From NCBI GenBank assembly GCA_052035195.1, contig JBPOHU010000009.1:34107-98106 (forward strand): 64,000 nucleotides of DNA, written 5' to 3'. The translations under genes and the position numbers were made by a program. The DNA is from Candidatus Nomurabacteria bacterium. GTDB taxonomy: Bacteria; Patescibacteriota; Minisyncoccia; Phycocordibacterales; UBA9973. This document shows positions 18,933-28,899 of the stretch, one piece after another (positions within the stretch are counted from its first letter, which is position 1; every line of letters starts with the position of its first letter). The notes beneath the pieces are model-generated. The model had not been told where the DNA came from and ran no database searches. It saw only the letters and a program-made list of their open reading frames with translations.

Positions 18933-20423
18933 TTATTTTGTAACCATAATAAAAGCCTCTAGTACGTCTCCAGGAGCAATATCATTTTTACATTCAATCA
19001 TGAGCCCACATTCTCCTTCAGAAACTTCTTTCATTTTTTGACGAGCTTGTTGGAGTTCTACTATTTTACCTTCAGCAATAGGGAAGTCACGGCGTATTAC
19101 AGAGACTTTTGCACCAAGAGTAATCATACCGCTATCAACACGAGCTCCAAGAACTTGTTTTTCTTTTGTTTGAGAAAAAGTCTTTAGAACTTTTGCAGAA
19201 CCGATAACTTCTCTTGTCTCAACTCTTGGTCGACGCTTTTCTAGTTCTTCTGCTAGCCATTCTGAAAGTTTGTAAATAATATCGAAGATTTGTATTTGAG
19301 CTCCAACTTTCTCATTTATATCTTTTGCTGAACTATCCATATTGGTATTAAAACCAAGTATGATTGTATTTTTGTCAGACTGAGCAAGCTTGATATCGCT
19401 TTCTCCTATAGCTCCTATACCTTTACCAATAATTTTTATATAAAGGCCTTCAATTTTGATTTTATTTATTTCTTTTTCTATTGCTTCAAGAGTGCCATGA
19501 ACATCAGTCTTGATGATGATAGGCACTACTACAGAGCCTACAGCTATGTTTACAGCATCTTTTCCTCCATTTGGTTTTGATCCTAGATCTTCTATGAAGT
19601 CTTCAGCTTCACGCTTTTTATCAAAAACTACAATAGACGCACCTACTTCTGGAAGCTTATCGAACCCTACGAGTTGCACTGCTGTACCAGCTGGAGCAGA
19701 TTCTATAGTTTTACCTAAGAAGTTTTCCATGATTCTAGTTGTAGTGAAAGAGTCTCCCGCAACAACAAATTGACTTCTTTTGACTGTGCCATTTTTTATA
19801 ACAACAGTAGCAGCGATACCGCGCTTTGGTTCAAGATGGCTTTCTATAACTATTCCTTGTGCCAAAGCATTTGGTTCGTATGTAAATTCGGCCAGATCAG
19901 CAACTAGAAGTATTGTTTCTAGAAGTTCTGTTACACCGGTACCTTTCTTTGCAGAAATAGCATTCCAAGGAATATTTCCTCCATAACCTTCAACTAGAAC
20001 TTCGTGCTCTGCAAGAGAGAGTTTTGTTTTTTCTATATTTGATTCGGGTAGGTCTATCTTGTTGATAGCTACGACAAAAGGAATATTTGCACTTCGGATA
20101 GTGTTTAATGCTTCTAGCGTTTGAGCTTTTACTCCATCTTCAGCAGAGACTACAAGAATAGCAATATCAGCAGCGCTAGCACCTCGCTCTCTCATGCCAG
20201 TAAACGCAGCATGTCCAGGGGTGTCTAGAAAAGTAATAGTTCTGTCTGTTCCTTGATAGGGGATGCTTATTTCATAAGCACTTAAGTGTTGAGTTATACC
20301 ACCAGCTTCTCCATCAACAACATTTGATTTTCGTATGTAATCCAAAAGCGTGCTTTTACCATGGTCGATGTGTCCCATGATAGCTACGACAGGCGGGCGA
20401 GTTGTTAGTGTTGTTGTTTTCAT
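18933..20423 (-). CDS. infB: translation initiation factor IF-2 (no N-terminal extension)
   Basis: RPPVV.IMGHIDHGKST, GGITQH, FLDTPGH, NKID. Confidence 0.97.
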   Translation of the reverse strand: MKTTTLTTRPPVVAIMGHIDHGKSTLLDYIRKSNVVDGEAGGITQHLSAYEISIPYQGTDRTITFLDTPGHAAFTGMRERGASAADIAILVVSAEDGVKAQTLEALNTIRSANIPFVVAINKIDLPESNIEKTKLSLAEHEVLVEGYGGNIPWNAISAKKGTGVTELLETILLVADLAEFTYEPNALAQGIVIESHLEPKRGIAATVVIKNGTVKRSQFVVAGDSFTTTRIMENFLGKTIESAPAGTAVQLVGFDKLPEVGASIVVFDKKREAEDFIEDLGSKPNGGKDAVNIAVGSVVVPIIIKTDVHGTLEAIEKEINKIKIEGLYIKIIGKGIGAIGESDIKLAQSDKNTIILGFNTNMDSSAKDINEKVGAQIQIFDIIYKLSEWLAEELEKRRPRVETREVIGSAKVLKTFSQTKEKQVLGARVDSGMITLGAKVSVIRRDFPIAEGKIVELQQARQKMKEVSEGECGLMIECKNDIAPGDVLEAFIMVTK

Positions 20424-20426
20424 TTT

Positions 20427-20903
20427 TTATATTCTTAAACTTTTTTTAGATGCTTCTAGAGCAGAGGCTTCCTCTGGAGTGAGAGATGCAAGAGATGTTC
20501 CTCGACTAACTGGCTTTGCATAAACACCAACATGATTTCTATTTGTAATAACAGAAAGTATAAATCCGTCAGCTTGTTCATCTATCAATCCTGTAGCAAA
20601 GCTTTGATTTCCTCCCGTGTCGTCGTATGCATCATATCTCACTATGGAGTAGCCGCGAATACTCTTTTTGATTCGAGAGTCTATCAATTCAAGAGCGTGT
20701 TTGTGGGCTTGAAGAGTATCGTCTACTTGAGCATTTTTTTCTGTTAACCACTCAAGTACTGCTTCAAGAGAAGCTCCATTTTTACCACGCATAAACGCCT
20801 TGAGGCGCTTGTGGAGAGATATAGATACTGCTATGAGAATAACACTACAGAGCGAAAGCCCGGCTAGAGCAATAACAAGCCATAGTGGTATACTTTGTAC
20901 CAT
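20427..20903 (-). CDS. DUF4446-like membrane-anchored protein
   Basis: N-terminal TM, IVRYDAY.D.GGNQSF, VYAKP, LTPEE..AL. Confidence 0.8.
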   Translation of the reverse strand: MVQSIPLWLVIALAGLSLCSVILIAVSISLHKRLKAFMRGKNGASLEAVLEWLTEKNAQVDDTLQAHKHALELIDSRIKKSIRGYSIVRYDAYDDTGGNQSFATGLIDEQADGFILSVITNRNHVGVYAKPVSRGTSLASLTPEEASALEASKKSLRI

Positions 20904-20928
20904 AGTAGTGTATTATACTGATTTTACC

Positions 20929-22134
20929 GTGTTTTTCAAGCCTTTTTTAACTATATTCAAAAATAAGAGAATTTATCTTGACTATGCCTCAAGTACACCC
21001 GTTGATCAAAAAATGATCTCGTCTTTTCCTCGTATTTCAAAGAGTTTTGCTCATGCAAATCCAAGTGCTCTACATAAAGAGGGTGTAGGGCTATCAAAAG
21101 TTTTAAATGAAGCTAGAAATATAGTAGCCAAAGAACTTGGGGCGCATTCACAGGAAATTATTTTTACTAGTAATGCATCAGAGAGTGATAATTTGGCTAT
21201 ATTAGGGAGTGTTAATTATTTTCTTAAGAAAGGCATCTATCCAGAAGAGATAGGTGTTTATATTAGTCCGTTTGAACACTCTGCTATTAAAGAAGCTGTT
21301 AACTCTCTGGATAAAAATATTTTTATTTGTACTCTTTTGCAAGAAGACGGCTATGTAAAGACAGATAAAATAGTTTTTCCTGAAAACTTAAAAGTAGTAA
21401 TAGTTTCGGTTATCATGGTCCAAAACGAAATTGGAACTTTGCAAAATATAAAAGAAATAGCAAAGCATATTAGAAAGCTCAGAAAAGATAATCCAAATCT
21501 TGAGATAATTTTACACACGGACGCAACACAAGCTCCTCTTTTTTATGATTTAAATGTTGCTCGTTTGGGTGTAGATATGATGACTCTTGGTGCTACAAAG
21601 CTTTATTGCCCTAAAGGCGTGGGATTGTTGTATAAAAAAAGAGGAATAAATTTATTACCTATTTTTTATGGAGGAGGGCAAGAGATGGGACTAAGACCAG
21701 GTACAGAGCCAGTTGATTTGATTCATAAATTTGCACATGCTTTGAAATACGCTTCTTCAAACAGAGAAAAGTATTTTTTGAAGATTCAGTCTCTAAAAGA
21801 TTATTTTGAAAAAAAACTGAAAGAAAAGATTGGCAATATACGTATTACAGGAGAAGGGGATAGGTCTCCTCATATATCACACTTGGTGATACCCAACATA
21901 GATAGTGAGCTTTTTGTTTTGGAACTCGACGCTCGAGGTATAGCTGTTTCTTCAAAGAGCGCTTGTAAAAATGAAGAAGACGGAGAGTCTGAACTGCTTT
22001 CAATTCTTTATCCAAATGAGAAGGTTGGGGCAATCAGAGTTTCTTTTGGAAGGCTTACAAAACAAAAAGATTTAGATTTTTTGATAAAAGCAATATCTTC
22101 TATATTGAAAAAATATCAAAATATTAGTCTCTAG
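20929..22134 (+). CDS. cysteine desulfurase (IscS/NifS family)
   Basis: IYLDYASSTP, ANPS.LH, EHSA, NEIG, HTDATQ, K.Y.PKGVG, GGGQE, RPGTE, SSKSAC. Likely GTG start at 20929. Confidence 0.92.
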   Translation: MFFKPFLTIFKNKRIYLDYASSTPVDQKMISSFPRISKSFAHANPSALHKEGVGLSKVLNEARNIVAKELGAHSQEIIFTSNASESDNLAILGSVNYFLKKGIYPEEIGVYISPFEHSAIKEAVNSLDKNIFICTLLQEDGYVKTDKIVFPENLKVVIVSVIMVQNEIGTLQNIKEIAKHIRKLRKDNPNLEIILHTDATQAPLFYDLNVARLGVDMMTLGATKLYCPKGVGLLYKKRGINLLPIFYGGGQEMGLRPGTEPVDLIHKFAHALKYASSNREKYFLKIQSLKDYFEKKLKEKIGNIRITGEGDRSPHISHLVIPNIDSELFVLELDARGIAVSSKSACKNEEDGESELLSILYPNEKVGAIRVSFGRLTKQKDLDFLIKAISSILKKYQNISL

Positions 22135-22250
22135 AAAAAAATACATTTTGTGATATAGTACAAATATACCGTAGCGTCTGATAGGCCTTATTTTCTCTGT
22201 ATTTCGGAATTCCTTTTAATCTTTATGAACCTTAAACTTTTTACCAATTT

Positions 22251-24953
22251 ATGCCACCACTAAGCCAATTCACCACAAAAGCGAAAGATGCTATTAAGAG
22301 AGCACATGAATTAGCTATCGAGAGAGGGCAAAACAATGTTAATACCATACATCTTCTTGCCGCTCTTTTGATTCAAGAAGAATCAAATATAGTTACGATA
22401 TTAGATCGTATGGATATTGATAGTACACACCTTACAGATTCAGTCCTGGAATCAATGGAGGGAACTGAAAATCAAAGCACTGTTGCTCCATCTTATCAGA
22501 TGTTTTTGACAGCTGATCTTGCTCAAGCTATAGAACAATCGCTCAAAGTCGCTACAGAAATAAAAGACACTTTTGTGTCCACTGAACATTTGTTCGTGGC
22601 TCTTTTAGACATTAATAATGATGCTTCTGAAATTTTAAATAAATTTAAAATCAGTCGAGACACAGTACTTGAAATAATTGCAGAATTTAGAACAAATAAA
22701 ACACCAGAGACTAGTATAAATAAAAAATTTAGACTAATTACAAAATTCACTCGCAATCTCACAAAACTTGCTAGGGAAGACAAACTTGATCCTGTTATTG
22801 GTAGAGACAGTGAAATAATGCGCATAATGCAGATACTTTCTCGTCGTACTAAAAATAACCCAGTTCTTCTTGGTGAACCAGGAACAGGTAAAACTGCTGT
22901 AGTAGAAGGCTTGGCTGTAAGAATAGTAAAGGGGGACGTAGCAGAGAGTCTAAAAGATAAAGAGATAGTTTCTCTTGATATTGGTAGCTTGCTTGCTGGT
23001 ACAAAATATAGAGGAGAATTTGAAGAGAGATTAAAAGGAATATTAAAAGAAGTTGAAAAAGCAGAAGGAAAAATAATTCTTTTTATTGATGAAATACACA
23101 CCATAGTTGGAGCAGGAAGCGCAGAGGGTTCTATGGATATGTCCAACATGCTAAAACCAGCACTTTCTCGTGGAGAGATAAGAGCGATAGGGGCAACAAC
23201 ACTTAAGGAGTATCAAAAGTACATTGAGAAAGACCCTGCTCTTGCGAGACGATTTCAACCAGTGATGATAGATGAGCCAACAGTTGAAGATACTGTTGCT
23301 ATTCTTCGTGGGCTTAAAGAAAAATACGAACTCTATCACGGTGTTCATATTACAGATGACGCTATTATCGCTGCAGTAGAGCTTTCAAATCGTTATATAA
23401 CCAACAGACAACTTCCTGATAAAGCAGTGGACCTTTTGGATGAAGCGAGCTCTGCTCTTCGAATGGAGCTTGAAAACAAGCCAGCTGTCTTGGAAGAAGC
23501 TCATCGAAAGATAATGCGTCTCGAAATAGAAAAAGAGGCTATTAGAAAAGATATTGATAAAGATTTTGCTGAAAAGCATGGATTAAAAACAGCCAAGAGT
23601 CGTCTCTCTGATATAGAAAAAGAAATAGCAAATATAGAAGAGAAGAACAAAGAACTCGAAATGAAATGGAAGAATGAAAAAGGTCTTCTTGCAGATATTG
23701 CAAAGATAAAGAAAGACTTAGAAACACTAAGACTCGAAGCTGAATCAGCAGAAATGAGAGCTGATCTTGGCCGTGCTGCTGAAATAAGATACGGGCACCT
23801 TCCACTTCTTCAAAAAGATCTTGAGACAAAACTAGCCAAGCTTAAAAAATTACAAAAAGTAAGACGCGTCTTAAAAGAAGAAATAACAGAAGAAGATATT
23901 GCTTCAGTTGTTGCTCGTTGGACAGGGATACCTGTAACTAAAATGCTTGAAGAAGAAAGAACAAAGCTTGCAGAAATGGAAGCAGTTCTTAAGAACCGAG
24001 TAGTAGGACAAGACCAAGCTATAGAGCGAGTAGCTCATGTGTTACGTAGAGCACGCGCAGGTATTAGTGACCCGCATAGACCAATAGGCTCTTTTATTTT
24101 CTTAGGTCCAACAGGAGTAGGAAAAACAGAACTTACAAAAGCCTTGGCACAGTTTATGTTTAATGATGACAAGGCTCTTATTCGAGTTGATATGAGTGAA
24201 TATATGGAGCGACATGCTGTATCAAAACTAGTAGGTTCTCCTCCTGGATATGTAGGGTATGAAGAAGCTGGTCAACTCACTGAAGCAGTAAGACATAAGC
24301 CTTACAGTGTTGTTCTCTTTGATGAAATAGAAAAAGCTCATCCTGAAGTTTTTAATATTTTACTTCAAGTATTAGATGACGGTGTTCTTACGGACGGAAA
24401 GGGTAGAAAAGTAAATTTCAAAAACACTATTATAATAATGACCAGCAACATTGGTTCTCAGTTTATTCAAAAAATGGAATCTATTGGTTTCCATAATAAT
24501 TCTGAAAAAGCTGAATACGGCCAAATGAAAGACAAGGTTGAGGGTGCTCTTAAGGATCATTTCAAACCAGAATTCTTAAATCGAATAGATGAGGTAGTTG
24601 TTTTCGATATTCTTTCAAAAGAAGCTATTAAAGAGATTGTTGGTATTCGTATCAACAATATCCTTGCTAGGCTTCAAGAAAAGGGTATCAGTGTATCTAT
24701 AAATGATGATGCGCTTTCATATCTTGCTCGTGTCGGATATAATCCTCAGTACGGGGCAAGACCCCTCAATCGTTTGATTCAAGCCAAAGTGCTTAATCCG
24801 ATTGCGGAACGTATTATTCGGCAGACTATTGTCTCCGGAGACGTTGTGACTGTTTCTGTGGTTAATGACGATATTGTTATTAATACAAATAATAAAAAGA
24901 AACAGATTAGTTCTTTAAGAAGCCAGAAAAAGGAAACTTCCGTTTCTAAATAA
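22251..24953 (+). CDS. clpB: ATP-dependent chaperone ClpB
   Basis: Clp N domain, two AAA+ modules ([16 protein letters not shown]), long coiled-coil M domain. Confidence 0.95.
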   Translation: MPPLSQFTTKAKDAIKRAHELAIERGQNNVNTIHLLAALLIQEESNIVTILDRMDIDSTHLTDSVLESMEGTENQSTVAPSYQMFLTADLAQAIEQSLKVATEIKDTFVSTEHLFVALLDINNDASEILNKFKISRDTVLEIIAEFRTNKTPETSINKKFRLITKFTRNLTKLAREDKLDPVIGRDSEIMRIMQILSRRTKNNPVLLGEPGTGKTAVVEGLAVRIVKGDVAESLKDKEIVSLDIGSLLAGTKYRGEFEERLKGILKEVEKAEGKIILFIDEIHTIVGAGSAEGSMDMSNMLKPALSRGEIRAIGATTLKEYQKYIEKDPALARRFQPVMIDEPTVEDTVAILRGLKEKYELYHGVHITDDAIIAAVELSNRYITNRQLPDKAVDLLDEASSALRMELENKPAVLEEAHRKIMRLEIEKEAIRKDIDKDFAEKHGLKTAKSRLSDIEKEIANIEEKNKELEMKWKNEKGLLADIAKIKKDLETLRLEAESAEMRADLGRAAEIRYGHLPLLQKDLETKLAKLKKLQKVRRVLKEEITEEDIASVVARWTGIPVTKMLEEERTKLAEMEAVLKNRVVGQDQAIERVAHVLRRARAGISDPHRPIGSFIFLGPTGVGKTELTKALAQFMFNDDKALIRVDMSEYMERHAVSKLVGSPPGYVGYEEAGQLTEAVRHKPYSVVLFDEIEKAHPEVFNILLQVLDDGVLTDGKGRKVNFKNTIIIMTSNIGSQFIQKMESIGFHNNSEKAEYGQMKDKVEGALKDHFKPEFLNRIDEVVVFDILSKEAIKEIVGIRINNILARLQEKGISVSINDDALSYLARVGYNPQYGARPLNRLIQAKVLNPIAERIIRQTIVSGDVVTVSVVNDDIVINTNNKKKQISSLRSQKKETSVSK

Positions 24954-24995
24954 TTCTGGTATTATATACGTCTCTTACTTTTGTAAGGGACGCAT

Positions 24996-25078
24996 GCGTC
25001 GGTGGTAGAGTGGTCAATTACATCAGACTGTAAATCTGACGCCTTCGGGCTACGCAGGTTCAAATCCTGCCCGGCGCA
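24996..25078 (+). tRNA. tRNA-Tyr(GTA)
   Basis: Acceptor GCGTCGG/CCGGCGC, TCAGA-ctGTAaa-TCTGA, long variable arm, GTTCAAATCC. Confidence 0.95.
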
Positions 25079-25127
25079 CAAAAACGAAAAAACCTAACTT
25101 TATTGTTAGGTTTTTTCGTTTTATGTC

Positions 25128-25288
25128 TCGCCGAGGAGTAAGCCAACTGCTTGGTTTACGTCAGGATTTTGAAAGGCACAGCGATGCTGATAGGCGAGCG
25201 AGCCGGGGTCGAGAGTACTTATGAGCGAAGCGAATTAGTAACTCGTGACCAAATCCTGTTGCAAAAGACTCGAAGGAAAATCCTGCCC
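25128..25288 (+). repeat. tRNA-trailing fold-back element (modules A+B) behind tRNA-Tyr
   Basis: CGCCGaGG-[AGTAAGCCAACTGCTTGGTTTACGT]-CAGGATTTtGAA antisense to the tRNA-Tyr 3' half; module B at 25177-25250; ends CGAAGGAAAATCCTGCCC. Confidence 0.85.
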
Positions 25289-25321
25289 TCAAAAAAAACT
25301 AAATGCTATACTTATTTCATA

Positions 25322-26272
25322 ATGAAACGCATCGGTATTCTTCGTGGCGGAATAAGTCCTGAATATAGTATCTCTCTTAAGACTGGCGGAGCAGTTATGG
25401 AGGCTTTGCACGAAGCAGGGTTTGAGGCTATTGATATGCTACTCGATAAAGAAGGAGTGTTGCATATCAAAGGAATACCTTCTAACTTAGAGAAAGCCCA
25501 GTCAGCAGTAGATTATATTTGGAATGCTCTTCACGGAGAGTTTGGAGAAGATGGCAAGTTGCAACAAGTGTTAGACCAATACGGTATTTCTTATAGTGGC
25601 TCTGGTGTATCAGCTTCAGCCCAAGCTTTCAATAAAAATGTTGCTAAAGAAAGAGCGGAAAGTCTGGGTATCAAAACTCCAAAATCAATACTCGTTATGC
25701 CTGACGGCTCTGAATCAGTCGCTGAGGTTACAAATCGTATTTATAAAACGATGGCTCCTCCTTGGGTTGTTAAACCTCTCTCTGGCGGATCATCAGTAAA
25801 TACTTTCTTTGCCCTTACTCCTCTTGATTTGTCACAAGTTGTTGAAGAAGCTATTTCTCATGAGCAACCTCTTTTGATTGAGCAACATATTTCAGGTACC
25901 GAGGTAGCAGTAGGAGTGATAGATGAATTTAGAAATAAAAAAGAATACGTTTTACCAGTAATAGATATAGATTCTCCAAATATGGGAGTTCTTTCTCACG
26001 AAAGAAGATATGAATCTCATAGTAAAGACGCTTCAAGACTTCGAACAGATGAAAGGCAAAAACTTAGTGAATTAGCTCAGTCTCTTCATCGGTCCCTTGG
26101 AGCTAAAGATTATTCACAAAGCGAGTTTGTGGTTGATAGATTCGGCAAGATATGGTTTTTAGAGATAGATACTCATCCTGCTCTTCATAAAGATGCACCT
26201 TTTTATAAGGCTCTGGAAGCAGTAGGGGCAACACTAACAGAATTTGTTCAAAGTGTTATATCAAAACAATAG
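25322..26272 (+). CDS. ddl: D-alanine--D-alanine ligase-like ATP-grasp enzyme (divergent)
   Basis: GG.SPEY.ISL.TG, LHGEFGEDG.LQ, VVKP..GGSS; C-terminal LEIDTHP instead of ExNTxPG. Start at MKRIG. Confidence 0.8.
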   Translation: MKRIGILRGGISPEYSISLKTGGAVMEALHEAGFEAIDMLLDKEGVLHIKGIPSNLEKAQSAVDYIWNALHGEFGEDGKLQQVLDQYGISYSGSGVSASAQAFNKNVAKERAESLGIKTPKSILVMPDGSESVAEVTNRIYKTMAPPWVVKPLSGGSSVNTFFALTPLDLSQVVEEAISHEQPLLIEQHISGTEVAVGVIDEFRNKKEYVLPVIDIDSPNMGVLSHERRYESHSKDASRLRTDERQKLSELAQSLHRSLGAKDYSQSEFVVDRFGKIWFLEIDTHPALHKDAPFYKALEAVGATLTEFVQSVISKQ

Positions 26273-26327
26273 AAAAATCAAATTTTGATGTTGTGGTATA
26301 ATTATTATTATTATAAATAAAGACTTT

Positions 26328-27452
26328 ATGAACTTAAAACCACAAAAACCATCTTTTATTACCGAAGAAGAGAGTCTGTCATTAAAAAAAGATAACTCTT
26401 TGATTGTTGAAATTGATGCTTTTTCAAGTGCTGTAGAAGAATTATTTTTTATAGAAAATCCACAATATAAAAAGCCTCAACCGGGTGTTATTGATCTTCT
26501 TGATAAGTATTTAGCATCTTCTACTATTACTCCAGTTTTTATTTATTATCCATGGAAAGCAGTTGTTGTAAAAACTGTTCCAGAAGATATTTATTTTATG
26601 CTTCGCACTGCTCGTAATCGTTTTATAATAAGTCATGAAGAACAAAATGATTACCGAAATCTCCACGTCGCTATTGCAGGTCTTTCTGTAGGTTCAGCTA
26701 TCCTCTCATCAATAGTTGTAAATGGTGGTTCAAAAAAAATGAAAATTGCTGATTTTGACACGGCAGAAATTACTAATTTAAATCGAATGAGAGCAAAACT
26801 TACTGATATTGGAGAAAATAAAGCTTTTATTGCCGCTAAAGAGGTATGGGAACTCGATCCTTACGCAGAGCTTGATCTTTGGAGTGAGGGTATTTCAAAA
26901 GATAGTTTAAATAAGTTTCTTCTTGACCCAAAAGTGGATGTATTTGTAGATGAAATGGATAGTCTTGATTTAAAAATTGCTGCACGTTTTGTTTGCAGAG
27001 AAGCTGGAATACCTGTAGTTATGGCAACAGACAATGGAGATGGGGTCATTCTTGATGTTGAAAGATTTGATCTTGATAAAAAACAAGAAATTTTTCACGG
27101 TCTTCTTGGTGCTGTAACACCAAAAGATTTTGAAAATATTGATTATAAGATGTGGTTACAGCTTGCGACAAAAATTGTTGGACCAACATATCTTACACCT
27201 AGGATGCAGGAGTCTTTATCTGTGATAGGAAAAAATATTCCGTCTGTGCCTCAACTTGGAACAACGGCCAACATAGCAGGTGCGGCAGTATCATTTTGCC
27301 TTAGACGACTTGCTTCAAAACTTCCACTTAATTCAGGTAGATATACAGTTGGCCTTGAAGAAAAAATAATACCGGAATATATGAGTGATGAAGCAGTTAA
27401 AGAAAGAGAAAAAAACACAGAATTTTTTATTAGTCAATTTGGAAAAAAGTAG
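26328..27452 (+). CDS. ThiF/E1-like adenylyltransferase, Rv1355c-type
   Basis: YYPW, LRTARNR, VAIAGLSVG, IADFD.....NLNR, NKA......E.DPY, DEMDS...K, P.VMATD, DVERFD, PQL. Confidence 0.85.
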   Translation: MNLKPQKPSFITEEESLSLKKDNSLIVEIDAFSSAVEELFFIENPQYKKPQPGVIDLLDKYLASSTITPVFIYYPWKAVVVKTVPEDIYFMLRTARNRFIISHEEQNDYRNLHVAIAGLSVGSAILSSIVVNGGSKKMKIADFDTAEITNLNRMRAKLTDIGENKAFIAAKEVWELDPYAELDLWSEGISKDSLNKFLLDPKVDVFVDEMDSLDLKIAARFVCREAGIPVVMATDNGDGVILDVERFDLDKKQEIFHGLLGAVTPKDFENIDYKMWLQLATKIVGPTYLTPRMQESLSVIGKNIPSVPQLGTTANIAGAAVSFCLRRLASKLPLNSGRYTVGLEEKIIPEYMSDEAVKEREKNTEFFISQFGKK

Positions 27453-27465
27453 TAATTTTTGTTTT

Positions 27466-28899
27466 ATGTTTAGATTTATAGGACAAAAAAAACAACTACC
27501 TCTTGATGTTTTTTATACGACCATTCGTGATGTTCCTGCTTACAAAAAATTTATAGAAAAAAACGGTGTAAATTATCATGATATTAAAAGTATTGATGAT
27601 TTTACAAAATATGTTCCGGTAATGAATAAAGATAATTATTTGAAAAGCTATCCTTTCATAGATCTTGTTAAAAAAGGTATTGTTCCTCCTATGGTGTCAG
27701 CAAGCTCAGGATCTTCAGGAAAACCTTTTTACTGGCCACGTGGAGATGAGCAAGAAATTCGCGGAGGAAAACTTCATGAAAAAATTTTTCGAGATATTTT
27801 TAATATCGAAGGACAAAGAACTCTTGTGATAGTTTGTTTTTCTATGGGGAACTGGATAGCAGGGACATTTACAGCCGCATCTTGTCGTTATGTAGCAAAA
27901 CAAAAAAGAATGAATCTTTCTATTATTACTCCGGGAATTGAAAAGGAAGATATTCTCGCCGTCCTTCGTGATCTTGCACCAGAGTTTGAAACAGTTGTTC
28001 TTGCAGGCTATCCACCATTTTTGATGGACGTTATCACTGAATCAAAATCAAGAGGGATACCGCTAGATGTTTTTAAAATAAAATTTCTTTTTGCTGGTGA
28101 GGGGTTTTCTGAACCATGGAGAGAGCTTATTTGTAGCGCTGTAAATATAAACAATAGTCTTTTGGATACAGTTAGCGTTTATGGAACAGCAGACGCTGGA
28201 GCTCTTGGTCATGAAAATCCGCTTACAATTTTTTTACGTAAAAAAGCAACAGAAAATTTAAATTTCAGAGATGAGCTTTTTGGGGATATTGGTTTTGTTC
28301 CAAGTCTTGTTCAGTTTGATCCAGATGCTATTTATTTTGAGCTTATTAATGAGCAGCTTGCTTTTACAACAGATTCAGGTATTCCTCTTATTAGATACGA
28401 TATAAAAGATAAAGGGTCTGTTATAAATCAGACAAAAATAGTTTCAGTTCTAAAAAAATTTAATTTATATGATGAAGCAGAGCATTTTTTAAAGAAATGG
28501 CCTTACCCCATGGTAGCTCTTTTCGGAAGGTCTGATGTTGCGGTAACTTTCTATGCACTTAATATTTATCCAGAAAATATAAAAGCAGCTGTTGAACAAA
28601 GCGGTCTATTGTCAAAGCTTACCGGTAAGTTTATTGCTCGTGTTGAGTCTAACGAAGATCAAACAGTTCAAAAGCTTATTATTAATTTTGAAACATTAGA
28701 AAATATCATTGTAAATGACAATCTCATCGAGGAGACAAAAAGTTCCGTATTTGAAAATCTAACACATCTTAATACAGAATACAGAAAACTCCATAACGCT
28801 ATTGGGGACAGAGCCTTACCAGATATTGAGTTTAGTAATTTTGGTCATGAATTATTTAAATTAAGAAAAAATAAACAATCATGGATAAAGAAACAATAA
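27466..28899 (+). CDS. phenylacetate-CoA ligase (PaaK)-like adenylate-forming enzyme
   Basis: SASSGSSGKP, FAGE, YGTAD, PLIRYDIKD, GRSD, NIYPENI motifs. ATG start at 27466. Confidence 0.85.
   Translation: MFRFIGQKKQLPLDVFYTTIRDVPAYKKFIEKNGVNYHDIKSIDDFTKYVPVMNKDNYLKSYPFIDLVKKGIVPPMVSASSGSSGKPFYWPRGDEQEIRGGKLHEKIFRDIFNIEGQRTLVIVCFSMGNWIAGTFTAASCRYVAKQKRMNLSIITPGIEKEDILAVLRDLAPEFETVVLAGYPPFLMDVITESKSRGIPLDVFKIKFLFAGEGFSEPWRELICSAVNINNSLLDTVSVYGTADAGALGHENPLTIFLRKKATENLNFRDELFGDIGFVPSLVQFDPDAIYFELINEQLAFTTDSGIPLIRYDIKDKGSVINQTKIVSVLKKFNLYDEAEHFLKKWPYPMVALFGRSDVAVTFYALNIYPENIKAAVEQSGLLSKLTGKFIARVESNEDQTVQKLIINFETLENIIVNDNLIEETKSSVFENLTHLNTEYRKLHNAIGDRALPDIEFSNFGHELFKLRKNKQSWIKKQ

Noticed and set aside
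18262-19041. ORFs of 82-160 aa across the tRNA cluster and rbfA
   Set aside because: Shadow ORFs over tRNA-Leu, tRNA-Cys, repeat elements and the antisense strand of rbfA/infB
18933-20423. IF2 (and AspRS at 40486-41910) being short as a sign of pseudogenisation
   Set aside because: All catalytic motifs are intact; compact forms are expected in reduced CPR-type genomes
25151-25321. 57-aa N-terminal extension of the ddl-like ORF
   Set aside because: It is a translation of the tRNA-Tyr trailing repeat; a -10 box lies just before ATG 25322
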